Below, piece by piece: positions 43,984-53,442 of a stretch of DNA of 64,000 nucleotides (position 1 is the first letter of the stretch; the number at the start of each line of letters is the position of its first letter). Both the position numbers and the translations under genes were made by a program. Location: assembly GCA_040766535.1 (NCBI GenBank), contig JAXGQG010000008.1:411-64410 (forward strand), written 5' to 3'. The stretch is from Dehalococcoidia bacterium (lineage in GTDB: Bacteria > Chloroflexota > Dehalococcoidia > GIF9 > AB-539-J10). The notes beneath the pieces were generated by a model. That model was given only the letters and a program-made list of their open reading frames with translations, was not told where the DNA came from and made no database searches.

Positions 43984-44841
43984 ATGGAGAGAATCGGATT
44001 CATAGGGGTTGGGAAGGTGGGGACGGCCTTCGGCACCCGGCTTGCTGAGATGGGATACCCAGTGCGTGGTGCTATGGACATACTGCCAAACGAATCGGAA
44101 CGCTTCAGTCGTTCGATTTCCGGATGCGCGGTGTTTCCCACGGCGCAGGAACTGGCGGACCATTCGGACTTCGTTTTCATCACCACGCCCGATGACGTCA
44201 TCGGCGAGGTTGCAGCCGCCGTCAAGTGGCGTTCCGGGCAAACCGTGATTCACTGCAGCGGCGCGAATTCCACCGCCGTGCTCACCCCGGCGAAGCAGCA
44301 GGGCGCGAACACCGGTTGTATGCACCCATGCAATTCGTTCGCGAGCATCGAGCAGTCGATTGAGAATTTGCCCGGTTCCACGTTCACGCTGGAAGCTGAG
44401 GAGCCGGTCCTCACGGACCTCAAGAACTTCGCCTCTGCCTTGCGCGGCAGCTGGATGAAACTGCGGGAGGAGGACAAGGCGCTCTATCACGCGTCCGCTT
44501 GCATTGCCAGCAACTACCTCTACACCATCGTGCATCTGGCGACTGATCTGTGGAAGCACTTCGACATATCCCAAGCGGAGGCGTTGGCGGCCTGCATACC
44601 CATTCTGAAAGGCACGATGAACAACATCGAGCACGTAGGCTTTCCAGGTTGCCTCACCGGACCAATCGCACGAGGCGATGTCGGCACTATCCGCAAGCAT
44701 CTCGCCGCTCTGGAGCAGAAAGAGCCGTCGCTGCTGTCGCTCTACAAGGCGCTGGGACTTGAAACGATACCGATTGGCATTGCGAAGGGGACGCTCTCGC
44801 AGCAGAAGGCCGACGAGCTGAGGCAGCTGCTGTCGAAGTAG
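43984..44841 (+). CDS. Rossmann-fold DUF2520/PanG-like putative 2-dehydropantoate 2-reductase
   Basis: N-terminal GFIGVGKVG dinucleotide-binding motif, about 285 aa, immediately upstream of panB. This architecture matches the PanG-type ketopantoate reductase. Confidence 0.55.
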   Translation: MERIGFIGVGKVGTAFGTRLAEMGYPVRGAMDILPNESERFSRSISGCAVFPTAQELADHSDFVFITTPDDVIGEVAAAVKWRSGQTVIHCSGANSTAVLTPAKQQGANTGCMHPCNSFASIEQSIENLPGSTFTLEAEEPVLTDLKNFASALRGSWMKLREEDKALYHASACIASNYLYTIVHLATDLWKHFDISQAEALAACIPILKGTMNNIEHVGFPGCLTGPIARGDVGTIRKHLAALEQKEPSLLSLYKALGLETIPIGIAKGTLSQQKADELRQLLSK

Positions 44842-44920
44842 ATGCTGGGTCATGTCAGCTGTGCGCTCGGTCGGAGGACAGCAGCTGGACGGCGTACCGG
44901 CGAAAGGAAGGATTGACGAA

Positions 44921-45778
44921 ATGGGCAAGAAGAAGACGGTCTTGGACTTCATCCGCATGAAAGAGAACGGCGAGCGATTCGCCAGCATCGTGTTGTATGA
45001 CTACACCTTCGCCATGCTGGCCGAGCAGGCCGGCGTGGATATGATCCTCATTGGAGACTCCATGGGCAATGTGGTGTACGGCTACGATGGTACCGTGCCG
45101 GTCACCCTCGAGCAGATCATCGTACACTCGCAGGCGGTACGCAGAGGCGCCCCCAACACGTTTATCATCGGTGATATGCCGTTCCTCTCGTACTGCGTTT
45201 CGACGAGCGAAACGGTCGCCAACGCCGGTCGGCTCTACAAAGAGGCGAATGTCGATGCCATCAAGATGGAGGGAGGCAGGCGCATAGTTCCACACGTGAA
45301 GGCCGTCGCCGACGCTGGTATGGTCGTACAGGGGCACATCGGCATCACACCGCAGAGCGTCGCCGCACTGGGTGGCTTCGGGGCGCAGGGCAGGACGCTG
45401 GAAGGGGCGCTCGCGCTACTCGAGGATGCGGAAGCGCTGCAGGAGGCCGGGGCGACGTCGATCGTCCTGGAGGGGCTCCCGGCGGAATCTGCGCGGCTCA
45501 TCTCCGAGAGACTCAGAGTTCCAACCATCAGCACCGGAGCCGGACCGTACTGCGACGCTCAGTCGCTCAATTTCATGGATGTGCTGGGCATCTATCAGAT
45601 GTTCACCCCCAAGTTCGTGAAGAAGTATGCGGCTCTTGGTGATCAGATACGCGCCGCCTTCGGGGCGTACGCTGGGGAAATACGATCGGGTGCGTACCCG
45701 GCTCCCGAGCACTGCTATGGCATGCGCGAGGGTGAGCAGTCGCGCCTCGCTGAGTGGGTTGCATCAATGAAGCGGTAA
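44921..45778 (+). CDS. panB: 3-methyl-2-oxobutanoate hydroxymethyltransferase (paralog 1)
   Basis: MGKKKTVLDFIRMKENGERFA..IGDSMGNVVYGYDGT..GDMPFLSY are typical PanB. ATG after the AAGGAAGG RBS, inside track ORF 44852..45778. Confidence 0.88.
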   Translation: MGKKKTVLDFIRMKENGERFASIVLYDYTFAMLAEQAGVDMILIGDSMGNVVYGYDGTVPVTLEQIIVHSQAVRRGAPNTFIIGDMPFLSYCVSTSETVANAGRLYKEANVDAIKMEGGRRIVPHVKAVADAGMVVQGHIGITPQSVAALGGFGAQGRTLEGALALLEDAEALQEAGATSIVLEGLPAESARLISERLRVPTISTGAGPYCDAQSLNFMDVLGIYQMFTPKFVKKYAALGDQIRAAFGAYAGEIRSGAYPAPEHCYGMREGEQSRLAEWVASMKR

Positions 45779-45827
45779 CACTGGCCGCAGTACAACCGAG
45801 CCACGGTTCCGAAGAAAGGAGTAAGAG

Positions 45828-46682
45828 ATGGCCAAGAAGAAGACGGTCCTGGACTTCATGAAGATGAAGGAAGCGGGAGAGAAGTTCTCGAAGCTGGCGG
45901 TCTATGATTTCACGTCGGCTCTGCTGGCGGAGAAAGCCGGACTCGAGATGATCCTCGTGGGCGACTCAATGGGGAACGTTGTGTACGGCTACGACGGCAC
46001 CGTGCCCGTCACCATGGAGCAGATGATTTATCACGCTCAGGCGGTGCGGCGTGGCGCGCCCAATGTGTTCATCGTCGGCGACCTCCCGTTCCTGTCCTAT
46101 CAGACGTCTGTCGAGGATGCTGTCCGCAACGCCGGCAGGTTCTACAAGGAAGCGGGCATGGATGCGGTGAAGCTGGAAGGTGGGCGGCAGATGGCGCCCC
46201 AGGTCCGGGCTATTGCTGATGCGGGTATGCTGGTGATGGCCCACATAGGCCTGACTCCGCAGAGCTCGGCGCAACTGGGTGGCTTCAAGGTGCAGGGAAA
46301 CACCGCGGAGGCGGCGATGCGTGTACTGGCAGACGCCCTTGCACTTGAAGAGGCCGGAGCGTTCATGGTCTTGCTCGAAGGAGTGCCGGCAGAATGCGGA
46401 AGACTGGTGACTGAGAAGCTCAGGGTTCCGACCATCGGCGTTGGTGCTGGCCCCCACTGTGACGGGCAGGCCGTGCTGCTGAGCGACCTCATCGGCATGT
46501 ATCCGGTGTTCACGCCAAAATTCGTCAAGCGCTACGCCAATGTCGGCGATGATACCGTCGCCGCGATCTCCAGTTATGTTGCTGAGATCAAGTCTGGTGT
46601 CTTCCCAGGGCCGGAGCACTGCTACAAGATGAAAGAGGGCGAGATGGCCCGGTTGGATGAGATGCTGAAGAAGCAGTCCTGA
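45828..46682 (+). CDS. panB: 3-methyl-2-oxobutanoate hydroxymethyltransferase (paralog 2)
   Basis: MAKKKTVLDFMKMKEAGEKFS..VGDSMGNVVYGYDGT..GDLPFLSY. About 65% identical to the upstream copy. Confidence 0.88.
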   Translation: MAKKKTVLDFMKMKEAGEKFSKLAVYDFTSALLAEKAGLEMILVGDSMGNVVYGYDGTVPVTMEQMIYHAQAVRRGAPNVFIVGDLPFLSYQTSVEDAVRNAGRFYKEAGMDAVKLEGGRQMAPQVRAIADAGMLVMAHIGLTPQSSAQLGGFKVQGNTAEAAMRVLADALALEEAGAFMVLLEGVPAECGRLVTEKLRVPTIGVGAGPHCDGQAVLLSDLIGMYPVFTPKFVKRYANVGDDTVAAISSYVAEIKSGVFPGPEHCYKMKEGEMARLDEMLKKQS

Positions 46683-46721
46683 CGGTACCGTGTTGGCGTC
46701 CGTCCCTGCCGTCAGGTGCGA

Positions 46722-46758
46722 AGAGAGAGGGGCTCCCCGAGGGGAGCCCCTCTCTCTT
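46722..46758. terminator. bidirectional rho-independent terminator (17-bp perfect stem AGAGAGAGGGGCTCCCC / GGGGAGCCCCTCTCTCT, loop GAGG)
   Basis: Lies between the convergent panB2 (+) and TRAP permease (-) genes. The stem is flanked by a T-run on one side and an A-rich segment on the other. Confidence 0.8.
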
Positions 46759-46784
46759 GTTGTGAACCGCGTGGCGCTGAACGT

Positions 46785-48119
46785 CTACAGCATCTTGCTG
46801 GGAAGCCAGAGGATGATCTGTGGGAAGACGATGCACAGGATCAGCGCGAAGACGATGATAAACACGTACGGAACCATGCCCGAGATTATCTGCCCCGTGG
46901 TCACGTTCAGCTTCGGATCCACTGCCCCCTTGATGTAGAAGAGGGCATAGGCAAACGGCGGTGTCATGAAGGACATCTGCAGGTTGACGCAGATCATCAT
47001 GGCGAACCACAAAGCATCGAACCCCGCAGCGGCAGCCACTGGAGTGACGATGGGGACCATGATGAAGATGATGCCCAACCAGTCGATGAGGAATCCAAGC
47101 AGGAAGCAGATGATCATCACGATCATGAACATTCCCCACTTGCCACCGGGGGCTGCGAGCAGGAATCTCGTCACCACATCGTCACAGTTCGCCCGCATGA
47201 AGATGCCGACGAAAGCGAACGCCATGGCGCCGATCAGCAGCACCATGCCTGAGGTTCGGACCGTGTCCATAGCGGTCTGCTTTAGAATCGGCCACGTTAG
47301 CTTGCGGTAGCCGATTGCGAGGAGAGTGGCCGCGAGGGCGCCGACACCCGCCGCCTCCGTTGGAGCTGCGACACCGAAGAAGATGCTGCCCAGCACTGCA
47401 AGAATCAGTAAGGTGGGCGGCAGCATCGATTTGAGAAGCTTGTACAGCTTGACCGATGCGGCAACATTTCTCTCCGACGCTGGAACCGGCGGCGCCAGAT
47501 TCGGTTGCAGCAGGCAGCGGATGACGATGTAGGCGATGTACATACCCGACAGCAGGAACCCGGGCAGAAACGCGCCGAAGAACAGACGTCCGACCGAGAG
47601 GTTCGCCATAGGGCCGTACACCACCAGCATCACGCTGGGCGGGATGAGGATGCCCAGTGAGCCTCCCCCCGCAACGCATCCCGCTGCAAGGCTTCGGTCG
47701 TAGCCACGATTGATCATGGCAGGCAGGGCAATCAGCGCGAGCATGGTCACCGAAGCGCCGATGATGCCGACGCAGGCGGCCACAACGGTGCCGATCAGGA
47801 CCGTTGTGATCGCGAGGCCACCCCTCAATCCGCCGAACGACAGATACAGGGCATCGTACATGCCCTCAGCCACGCCGGAATGCTCCAGCATGATACCCAT
47901 GAAGATAAACAGCGGCACGGCGAGCAGGACGTAGTTCTCAAGGCCGCTGTAGAAGCGTCCATAGTACAACTCGCCGGCGATCCGAGGGCCAAAGACGAGA
48001 AGCCCGATGACGATGCCCACGCCGCCGATCGATATGGCGAGCGGGTAGCCCAGCAGCACGCCGACAAAGATGCCACCAAGCATCAGGACGGCGACGATTT
48101 CGGGACTGATATCAATCAT
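46785..48119 (-). CDS. TRAP transporter large permease (DctM family), system 1
   Basis: 444 aa polytopic membrane protein with the typical DctM N-terminus MIDISPEIVA.. Confidence 0.88.
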   Translation of the reverse strand: MIDISPEIVAVLMLGGIFVGVLLGYPLAISIGGVGIVIGLLVFGPRIAGELYYGRFYSGLENYVLLAVPLFIFMGIMLEHSGVAEGMYDALYLSFGGLRGGLAITTVLIGTVVAACVGIIGASVTMLALIALPAMINRGYDRSLAAGCVAGGGSLGILIPPSVMLVVYGPMANLSVGRLFFGAFLPGFLLSGMYIAYIVIRCLLQPNLAPPVPASERNVAASVKLYKLLKSMLPPTLLILAVLGSIFFGVAAPTEAAGVGALAATLLAIGYRKLTWPILKQTAMDTVRTSGMVLLIGAMAFAFVGIFMRANCDDVVTRFLLAAPGGKWGMFMIVMIICFLLGFLIDWLGIIFIMVPIVTPVAAAAGFDALWFAMMICVNLQMSFMTPPFAYALFYIKGAVDPKLNVTTGQIISGMVPYVFIIVFALILCIVFPQIILWLPSKML

Positions 48120-48630
48120 AGGACTTCCTCCTCACGGCCATGTGGAAGTCCCTGTACAGGGTCGCTAGACCCTGCAGAAAGAACAACACCATGCCGATGA
48201 AGACGATCGTACGAATCGGAGCCATTGGGGGATACCAGTAGGTGATCATGGACCGTTCGTGAGTCTTCCAGGCGTGTACCATCCAGTTGAATCCGGAGTA
48301 TGTGATGAATCCGACGGAGGGCAGGAAGAACACGAACCACATGATGATGTCGACGATGGCCTTGCCGCGTTCCGTGAACCGGCCATAGATGACGTCAACA
48401 CGCACATGGGCCTTGTGCAGCATCACGTACCCGAATGCAAGCGAATACAGCGCAGTCCCCGTCCACGTCTGGATAACGGGCAACTGACTGGTGGGGCTGT
48501 TGAACACGTACCTCATCATGACTTCAGCGCATACCACCAGAATGAGGAACAGCACCACCCATTTCAACCGCCGTCCGACCCACTCGTTCACGGAGTCTAT
48601 AGTTCTCAGTATCGTTCTCATACTCAACAA
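48112..48630 (-). CDS. TRAP transporter small permease (DctQ family), system 1
   Basis: 172 aa, 4 TM segments, overlaps the dctM start by 8 nt. Confidence 0.85.
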   Translation of the reverse strand: MLSMRTILRTIDSVNEWVGRRLKWVVLFLILVVCAEVMMRYVFNSPTSQLPVIQTWTGTALYSLAFGYVMLHKAHVRVDVIYGRFTERGKAIVDIIMWFVFFLPSVGFITYSGFNWMVHAWKTHERSMITYWYPPMAPIRTIVFIGMVLFFLQGLATLYRDFHMAVRRKSYD

Positions 48631-48858
48631 GGTTCCTTCACAAGTAGTAGTGGAGATGTTGTTAGCCGCTGTACGTCCGTTCGAGGCATTACGGAGGTGA
48701 GGTGCACCCTGCTCAGTCGGTGAAACCCCCCGACCTCACAGTGGGTGGGAACACACTGGCGAGAGGCGCGCAATACCGCTGCATCGAATCGTCTCCAGGC
48801 GACATCACATCAGGAACTTGTATGGCGGTTAACCCATTTACCTTGAAGTGCGTACACC

Positions 48859-48889
48859 GCCTCCTCCCGGGGGAAACCCGGGAGGAGGC
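48859..48889 (-). terminator. intercistronic stem-loop (13-bp GC stem GCCTCCTCCCGGG/CCCGGGAGGAGGC) between the substrate-binding-protein and permease genes; putative attenuator or mRNA-stabilising hairpin
   Basis: Perfect inverted repeat read directly. No clear U-run follows on the minus strand. Confidence 0.5.
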
Positions 48890-48912
48890 CTGAATGCACC
48901 ATCACGCTGCAA

Positions 48913-50058
48913 CTAGTCGAAACTGGTCATCACCGCATACGGGAACCCGTACAGTTCTCCCCAGTTCTTCGCGAAAGCCATGTAGGTGGTGAGATAGTCC
49001 TTCAGCTCGGGGAAGTTCTCGACCTCGGCCTTGTAGAACTTCTTGGTCTCGGCCACAAACAGGTCGTCGATGCTCTTCGGCAACGGGCCATTGATGTTGC
49101 CGTAATCGGTCATCTTCTGCAACGCCTCAGCGTTACGTGTGTGCAGCATCTCGTTGTACTTGATGGACTCAGCCTGTGCACACTCTTCAACGACCGCCTG
49201 CAGGTGCGCGGGCAACTCGCCGAATCGCGTCTTGCTGACCAGGAAGCCGTAGACCTCTGTGGGGGCTCGGCTCGGGGACATGTAGTTGTACTTGGCAGCC
49301 TCATGCATACCCATGGAGTAGTTGAACGCAGGGCAGCTGCATTCGAAGGCATCGATAACGCCGCGCTGCATGGACTCGAAGACCTCGCCAAGGGGCATAA
49401 AGACGGTGCCGACGCCCATGTTGGCGAGAACCTTGCCGCAGTCACCGGAAGCACGCATCTTCATCCCGACGAGATCCTGCGGTCCAGTGATCGGTTTGTT
49501 GGTCGAGATCCAGATCTCCGGCAGACCGTGGAAGCCGCCGCCGGGGATGTCATAGATGTCCCAACCCTTCTGCTGATACCACTTGTTCATCAGGTCAGCG
49601 CCAACGGCCTTGTGGAAGATGAGGTTGGGCAGCGGTGGCATGCCGGCCGGGAGCTGGGAGAAAGCGGTGCCGAAGCGCAGATCGGCAGACATGTAGGAAC
49701 CGCCGCCGGCGCAGAAGTCAAGCACGCCGGAATTGATGTTCTTCCACTCTTCAGTTGCAGGACAGATAGACCCGGCGGGATTCGCCTCCATCAGCAACTG
49801 GCCGTTGCTCGCGGCCTTGATGCTCTCGGATATGCGGATCAATCCCTCAGTCGGCGGGTTGCCTGCCGGCAGTGCGGACTGACCAACCCAGTTGTAGACC
49901 TTGGCCGCGGGTTGCGATGGAGTGGTGGGAGTGGTTGGAGTGGTGGGAGTCGTGGGGGTGGTGGGGGTCGTGGGTGCCGTCTCTGGCGCGCATCCCGTTG
50001 CCGCCACACCGACGAGCATCACAACCACCAGGAGCAGCATTAGTACTCGTCTCGACAT
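48913..50058 (-). CDS. TRAP transporter substrate-binding lipoprotein (DctP family), system 1
   Basis: Signal peptide with lipobox ..VAATGC, a (TPT)n linker, then a DctP-like SBP fold. Confidence 0.85.
   Translation of the reverse strand: MSRRVLMLLLVVVMLVGVAATGCAPETAPTTPTTPTTPTTPTTPTTPSQPAAKVYNWVGQSALPAGNPPTEGLIRISESIKAASNGQLLMEANPAGSICPATEEWKNINSGVLDFCAGGGSYMSADLRFGTAFSQLPAGMPPLPNLIFHKAVGADLMNKWYQQKGWDIYDIPGGGFHGLPEIWISTNKPITGPQDLVGMKMRASGDCGKVLANMGVGTVFMPLGEVFESMQRGVIDAFECSCPAFNYSMGMHEAAKYNYMSPSRAPTEVYGFLVSKTRFGELPAHLQAVVEECAQAESIKYNEMLHTRNAEALQKMTDYGNINGPLPKSIDDLFVAETKKFYKAEVENFPELKDYLTTYMAFAKNWGELYGFPYAVMTSFD
49915..49975. repeat. 9-bp tandem repeats (GGTGGGAGT-like on the plus strand) encoding the (TPT)6 linker; G-rich on the plus strand
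   Basis: Read directly; encodes TPTTPTTPTTPTTPTTPTTP. Confidence 0.8.
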
Positions 50059-50336
50059 TTCCTTTTCACCTCCTGAGATTCTCTATCTATTCGACGCTAT
50101 GCCTGCTGCCAGGCTACCGTCGCGTGATGCCGAGGCACCATCCGGTGCGGGGAGACTCGGGCTTTCCTAGGAACTGTAATCCAGTATAGAAAGGCGTTTT
50201 CACATGTGTCAATAGCTTTGCGCAGCCGTTTCGAAGCTGGCGCGTTACTATCGCATACGATTCGTCTTTGCGAGCCGGTTGGTAGTGGCCGACCGTCAAG
50301 ACGAGCTGGATAGGCGCGGCAGTAGGGAAGAGAAAT

Positions 50337-50361
50337 GGGGCGCCGCTGCTGCCGGCGCCCC
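50337..50361 (-). terminator. rho-independent terminator of TRAP system 2 (GGGGCGCCG-loop-CGGCGCCCC followed by a T-rich run on the minus strand)
   Basis: Stem-loop 30 nt after the dctM2 stop. Minus-strand reading gives GGGGCGCCGGCAGCAGCGGCGCCCCATTTCTCTTCC. Confidence 0.7.
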
Positions 50362-50392
50362 ATATTCGTCAGGGAATCGAGTTCAACGGTGT

Positions 50393-51727
50393 CTAGAGCA
50401 TCTTCCCGGGAAGCCAGAGGATGATCTGCGGGAAGACGACGCAGAGAACAAGTCCAATCATGATGAGGACAATGAACGGAATCACTCCCTTGATCACGTC
50501 GCTCGTGGTCACTCCGTACTCAGGAGGTGAGGCCGCCCGCACGAAGAAGATTGCATAGGCGAAGGGCGGCGAGAGGAACGACATCTGCAGATTGACGCAG
50601 ATCATCATGCCGAACCACAAAGGATCGAAACCAAGTGCGGCCCCGATGGGCGTGATGATGGGCACCATGATGAACACAATGCCGATCCAGTCGATGAACA
50701 TGCCCAGGATGAAGCAGATGAACATGATCACGAAGAAAACGCCCCATTTGCCTCCAGGGGCCGAGAGGAGGAAGTTGGAGACAACCTCTCCGCAATGGGC
50801 CCTGATGAAGATGCCGACGAACGCGAAGGAAAGAGACGCCAGCAGCAGGATCATACCGCTGTGGCGGATGGTCGCGAGCGCGGTCTCTCTCAGTGCTGTC
50901 CAGGAGAACTTGCGGTAGGCGACTGCCAGCAGTGTTGCTGCAAGCGCGCCGACGGCGGCCGCCTCGGTCGGAGCCGCAATGCCGAAGAAGATGCTGCCCA
51001 GCACCGCCAGGATGATCAGCAACGGCGGAACGAGGGACTTGACCAGCAGCAAGAGCTTCTGGCTCACCGGGAGGTTGCGTTCTTCAATGGGCACTGCAGG
51101 GCCGCTGCTCGGAAACAGCAGAGTGAAGATGATGATGTAGAGCATGTACAGACCGGAGAGGAGAAAGCCGGGCATGAAGGCGCCGAAGAAGAGCGAACCT
51201 ACGCCGAGGTTGGCCATTGGCCCGTAAATGACGAGCATGATGCTCGGCGGGATGAGAATGCCGAGCGTGCCGCCGGCACAAACGCACCCCGTCGCCAATG
51301 GTTTGCTGTAACCACGTTTGAGCATTGCTGGTATGCCGATGACGGCCAGCATCATAACCGAAGCGGCGATGACGCCAACGCACGCGGCCATGATGGTTCC
51401 AATGAGGATTGTGGTCAGTGCCAGCCCGCCCCGAAGGCCTCCGAAGACCTGGTACATGGCCTCATACAGTTGCTCAGCCACTCCGGTCCGTTCAAGCATG
51501 ATGCCCATGAAGATGAAGAACGGTACCGCGATCAGCGTGTAGTTCGTCACCTGGTTGAACATCCGCTGGTAGTACATATCCCCCACAACCTTGGGGTTGA
51601 ATACCAGAAGACCGACGAGCAGGCCGACGGCGCCAACGGATATTGCCAGCGGGTAGCCGAGCACCACGCCGACGAGGATGCCACCGAAGAGAAGCAGGGT
51701 GATGACCTCAGGGCTCAAATCAATCAT
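50393..51727 (-). CDS. TRAP transporter large permease (DctM family), system 2
   Basis: 444 aa, paralog of 46785..48119 with the same length and conserved blocks. Confidence 0.88.
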   Translation of the reverse strand: MIDLSPEVITLLLFGGILVGVVLGYPLAISVGAVGLLVGLLVFNPKVVGDMYYQRMFNQVTNYTLIAVPFFIFMGIMLERTGVAEQLYEAMYQVFGGLRGGLALTTILIGTIMAACVGVIAASVMMLAVIGIPAMLKRGYSKPLATGCVCAGGTLGILIPPSIMLVIYGPMANLGVGSLFFGAFMPGFLLSGLYMLYIIIFTLLFPSSGPAVPIEERNLPVSQKLLLLVKSLVPPLLIILAVLGSIFFGIAAPTEAAAVGALAATLLAVAYRKFSWTALRETALATIRHSGMILLLASLSFAFVGIFIRAHCGEVVSNFLLSAPGGKWGVFFVIMFICFILGMFIDWIGIVFIMVPIITPIGAALGFDPLWFGMMICVNLQMSFLSPPFAYAIFFVRAASPPEYGVTTSDVIKGVIPFIVLIMIGLVLCVVFPQIILWLPGKML

Positions 51728-52229
51728 ACGGTACCCCCTTCACGGCCATGTGAAGGTCTCGCCAGAACTGTGCGAGCCCTTGCAGCATGAAGAGCGCCAC
51801 TCCAATGAAGATGGCGGTGCGCAGAGGCGCGATGGGCGGATACCAGTACGTGAAGACCGACTTCTCTCCGATCTCCCACGCGCGTACCATCCAGTTCCAT
51901 GCCTGGTACCCTATGAAGCCAATCACCGGGACAAAGAGGCAGACGAAGAGGGCGCTGTCGAAAATCGCCTTCACCCTGTCCGAGAGACGGTTGTAGACGA
52001 TGTCGACTCGCACATGTCCTTTGTGCTTATGTACGTGGCCCCATGAAAGGCAGTACATGGCGCCGGCAATCATGATGGGAATCTCGTAGCCCCACATGGT
52101 GGGCCGGTTAAAGACGTATCGCTGTGTGACCTCAAGACACGTTACCAGACAGGCCGCGATAACGAACCACTTGACCAGCTCACCCATCCACTCGTTAACC
52201 GTGTCGATGTACCTGATAAGCGTTTTCAC
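51720..52229 (-). CDS. TRAP transporter small permease (DctQ family), system 2
   Basis: 169 aa, paralog of 48112..48630. Confidence 0.85.
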   Translation of the reverse strand: MKTLIRYIDTVNEWMGELVKWFVIAACLVTCLEVTQRYVFNRPTMWGYEIPIMIAGAMYCLSWGHVHKHKGHVRVDIVYNRLSDRVKAIFDSALFVCLFVPVIGFIGYQAWNWMVRAWEIGEKSVFTYWYPPIAPLRTAIFIGVALFMLQGLAQFWRDLHMAVKGVPYD

Positions 52230-52245
52230 ATTTCAACACACTTCC

Positions 52246-52282
52246 GGCCCGGGTACGGAGGACTTGCCTCCGTACCCGGGCC
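52246..52282 (-). terminator. intercistronic stem-loop (GGCCCGGGTACGGAGG-acttg-CCTCCGTACCCGGGCC) between dctP2 and dctQ2
   Basis: 16-bp perfect inverted repeat read directly, at a position analogous to the hairpin in system 1. Confidence 0.5.
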
Positions 52283-52317
52283 GAGGAACTATTTGCCGGT
52301 GTGAGATCAGTTGCCTA

Positions 52318-53442
52318 CTAGAGGTGAGACCAGACGGTCGTCAGCTGGTCGTACCAGCCCCAGTAGGAGTCCAACACCTTCGCATAGAATGGATCGGATG
52401 CCTTCTCGGCGTAGAACGCCTTGGCGACCTCACCATACGCTGCAGCAATGGAGTCGGGCACTGGGAGGACCTGAGTGCCGTAGTCCTGGAAGTTTGCGAT
52501 GGCGATGAGGTCCTTGTGCATCATTTCGCAGTAGGAGCGGATGGTCTCGGCCTCATTGACCTCGGAGATGATCTGTTTGAGGTCAGCGGGCAGCTCATTC
52601 CAGACATCCTTGTTCATGATGAACGGATTGTACTCGTACGGCTGCCGTGCGCCGGAGAGGTACAGGTAGTCGGCGGCCTCGTACAGGCCGAGATCCCAGT
52701 TCAGTGTGGGACTGGAAACCTCGAAGGCATCGATGACGCCACGCTGCATGGACTCAAACACCTCACCAGCGGGCATCATGACCATGCTGGCGCCCATCCG
52801 GGAAAGGATCTCGCCGCCGTCACCAGCGCCACGGATCTTCATTCCCTTGATGTCGTTGGGGGAACTCAGCGGCCTGCTGCTCTGCAGGAATGCCTCGGGC
52901 GGGCCCATCCAGCCGCCGTCCTTGACCAACTGAACGTTGTAGCCCTCGATCATCTCATAGCCGAGTTCGTATCCGCCGCCCTCCAGGAACCAGGAGATGG
53001 CGCCCATGGGAGTCATGCCGCCGGAGATCATGGTGAAGAGGCCGGCCGCAGGGAACTTGTCAAGCCAGTACATCCAGCAGGTCACGGCGAAATCGAGCGT
53101 ACCCGTATCGCACGCATCGAATTCCTTCGTGGCTGGCGCGATGCCGCCACCGATCTCGACCGTCATCTTCAGTCGCCCGCCGGAGGCGATGCCGCAGTTC
53201 TCAGCAACTCTCACCAGCGAGGTATGCTGAGCCGTCAGACCGCCGGCATGCGACTGACCGACCAGATCGTAGACCTTGGCCGCAGGCTGCGATGGAGTGG
53301 TGGGGGTGGTAGGAGTGGTAGGTGTAGTTGGGGTTGTCGGGGTTGTTGGGGTTGTTGGGGTCGTGTCGGGTGCACAACCGGCAATCAGCAGACTGATTAC
53401 CGTCAGAGCTCCGACGAGCGACCAGACGAACCGTTTGCTCAC
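52318..53442 (-). CDS. TRAP transporter substrate-binding lipoprotein (DctP family), system 2
   Basis: Lipobox ..LLIAGC, a (TPT)8 linker ending in SQPAAKVY (identical to system 1), then an SBP fold. Confidence 0.85.
   Translation of the reverse strand: MSKRFVWSLVGALTVISLLIAGCAPDTTPTTPTTPTTPTTPTTPTTPTTPSQPAAKVYDLVGQSHAGGLTAQHTSLVRVAENCGIASGGRLKMTVEIGGGIAPATKEFDACDTGTLDFAVTCWMYWLDKFPAAGLFTMISGGMTPMGAISWFLEGGGYELGYEMIEGYNVQLVKDGGWMGPPEAFLQSSRPLSSPNDIKGMKIRGAGDGGEILSRMGASMVMMPAGEVFESMQRGVIDAFEVSSPTLNWDLGLYEAADYLYLSGARQPYEYNPFIMNKDVWNELPADLKQIISEVNEAETIRSYCEMMHKDLIAIANFQDYGTQVLPVPDSIAAAYGEVAKAFYAEKASDPFYAKVLDSYWGWYDQLTTVWSHL
53283..53370. repeat. 9-bp tandem repeats encoding the (TPT)8 linker; plus strand has runs of GGGG (potential G-quadruplex)
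   Basis: GGTGGGGGTGGTAGGAGTGGTAGGTGTAGTTGGGGTTGTCGGGGTTGTTGGGGTTGTTGGGGTCG read directly. Confidence 0.8.

Noticed and set aside
50795-51790. 331-aa plus-strand ORF antisense to dctM2 (very D/E/R/H-rich); the similar 46716..47252 ORF antisense to dctM1
   Set aside because: Mirror-strand artefacts of GC-rich membrane-protein genes.
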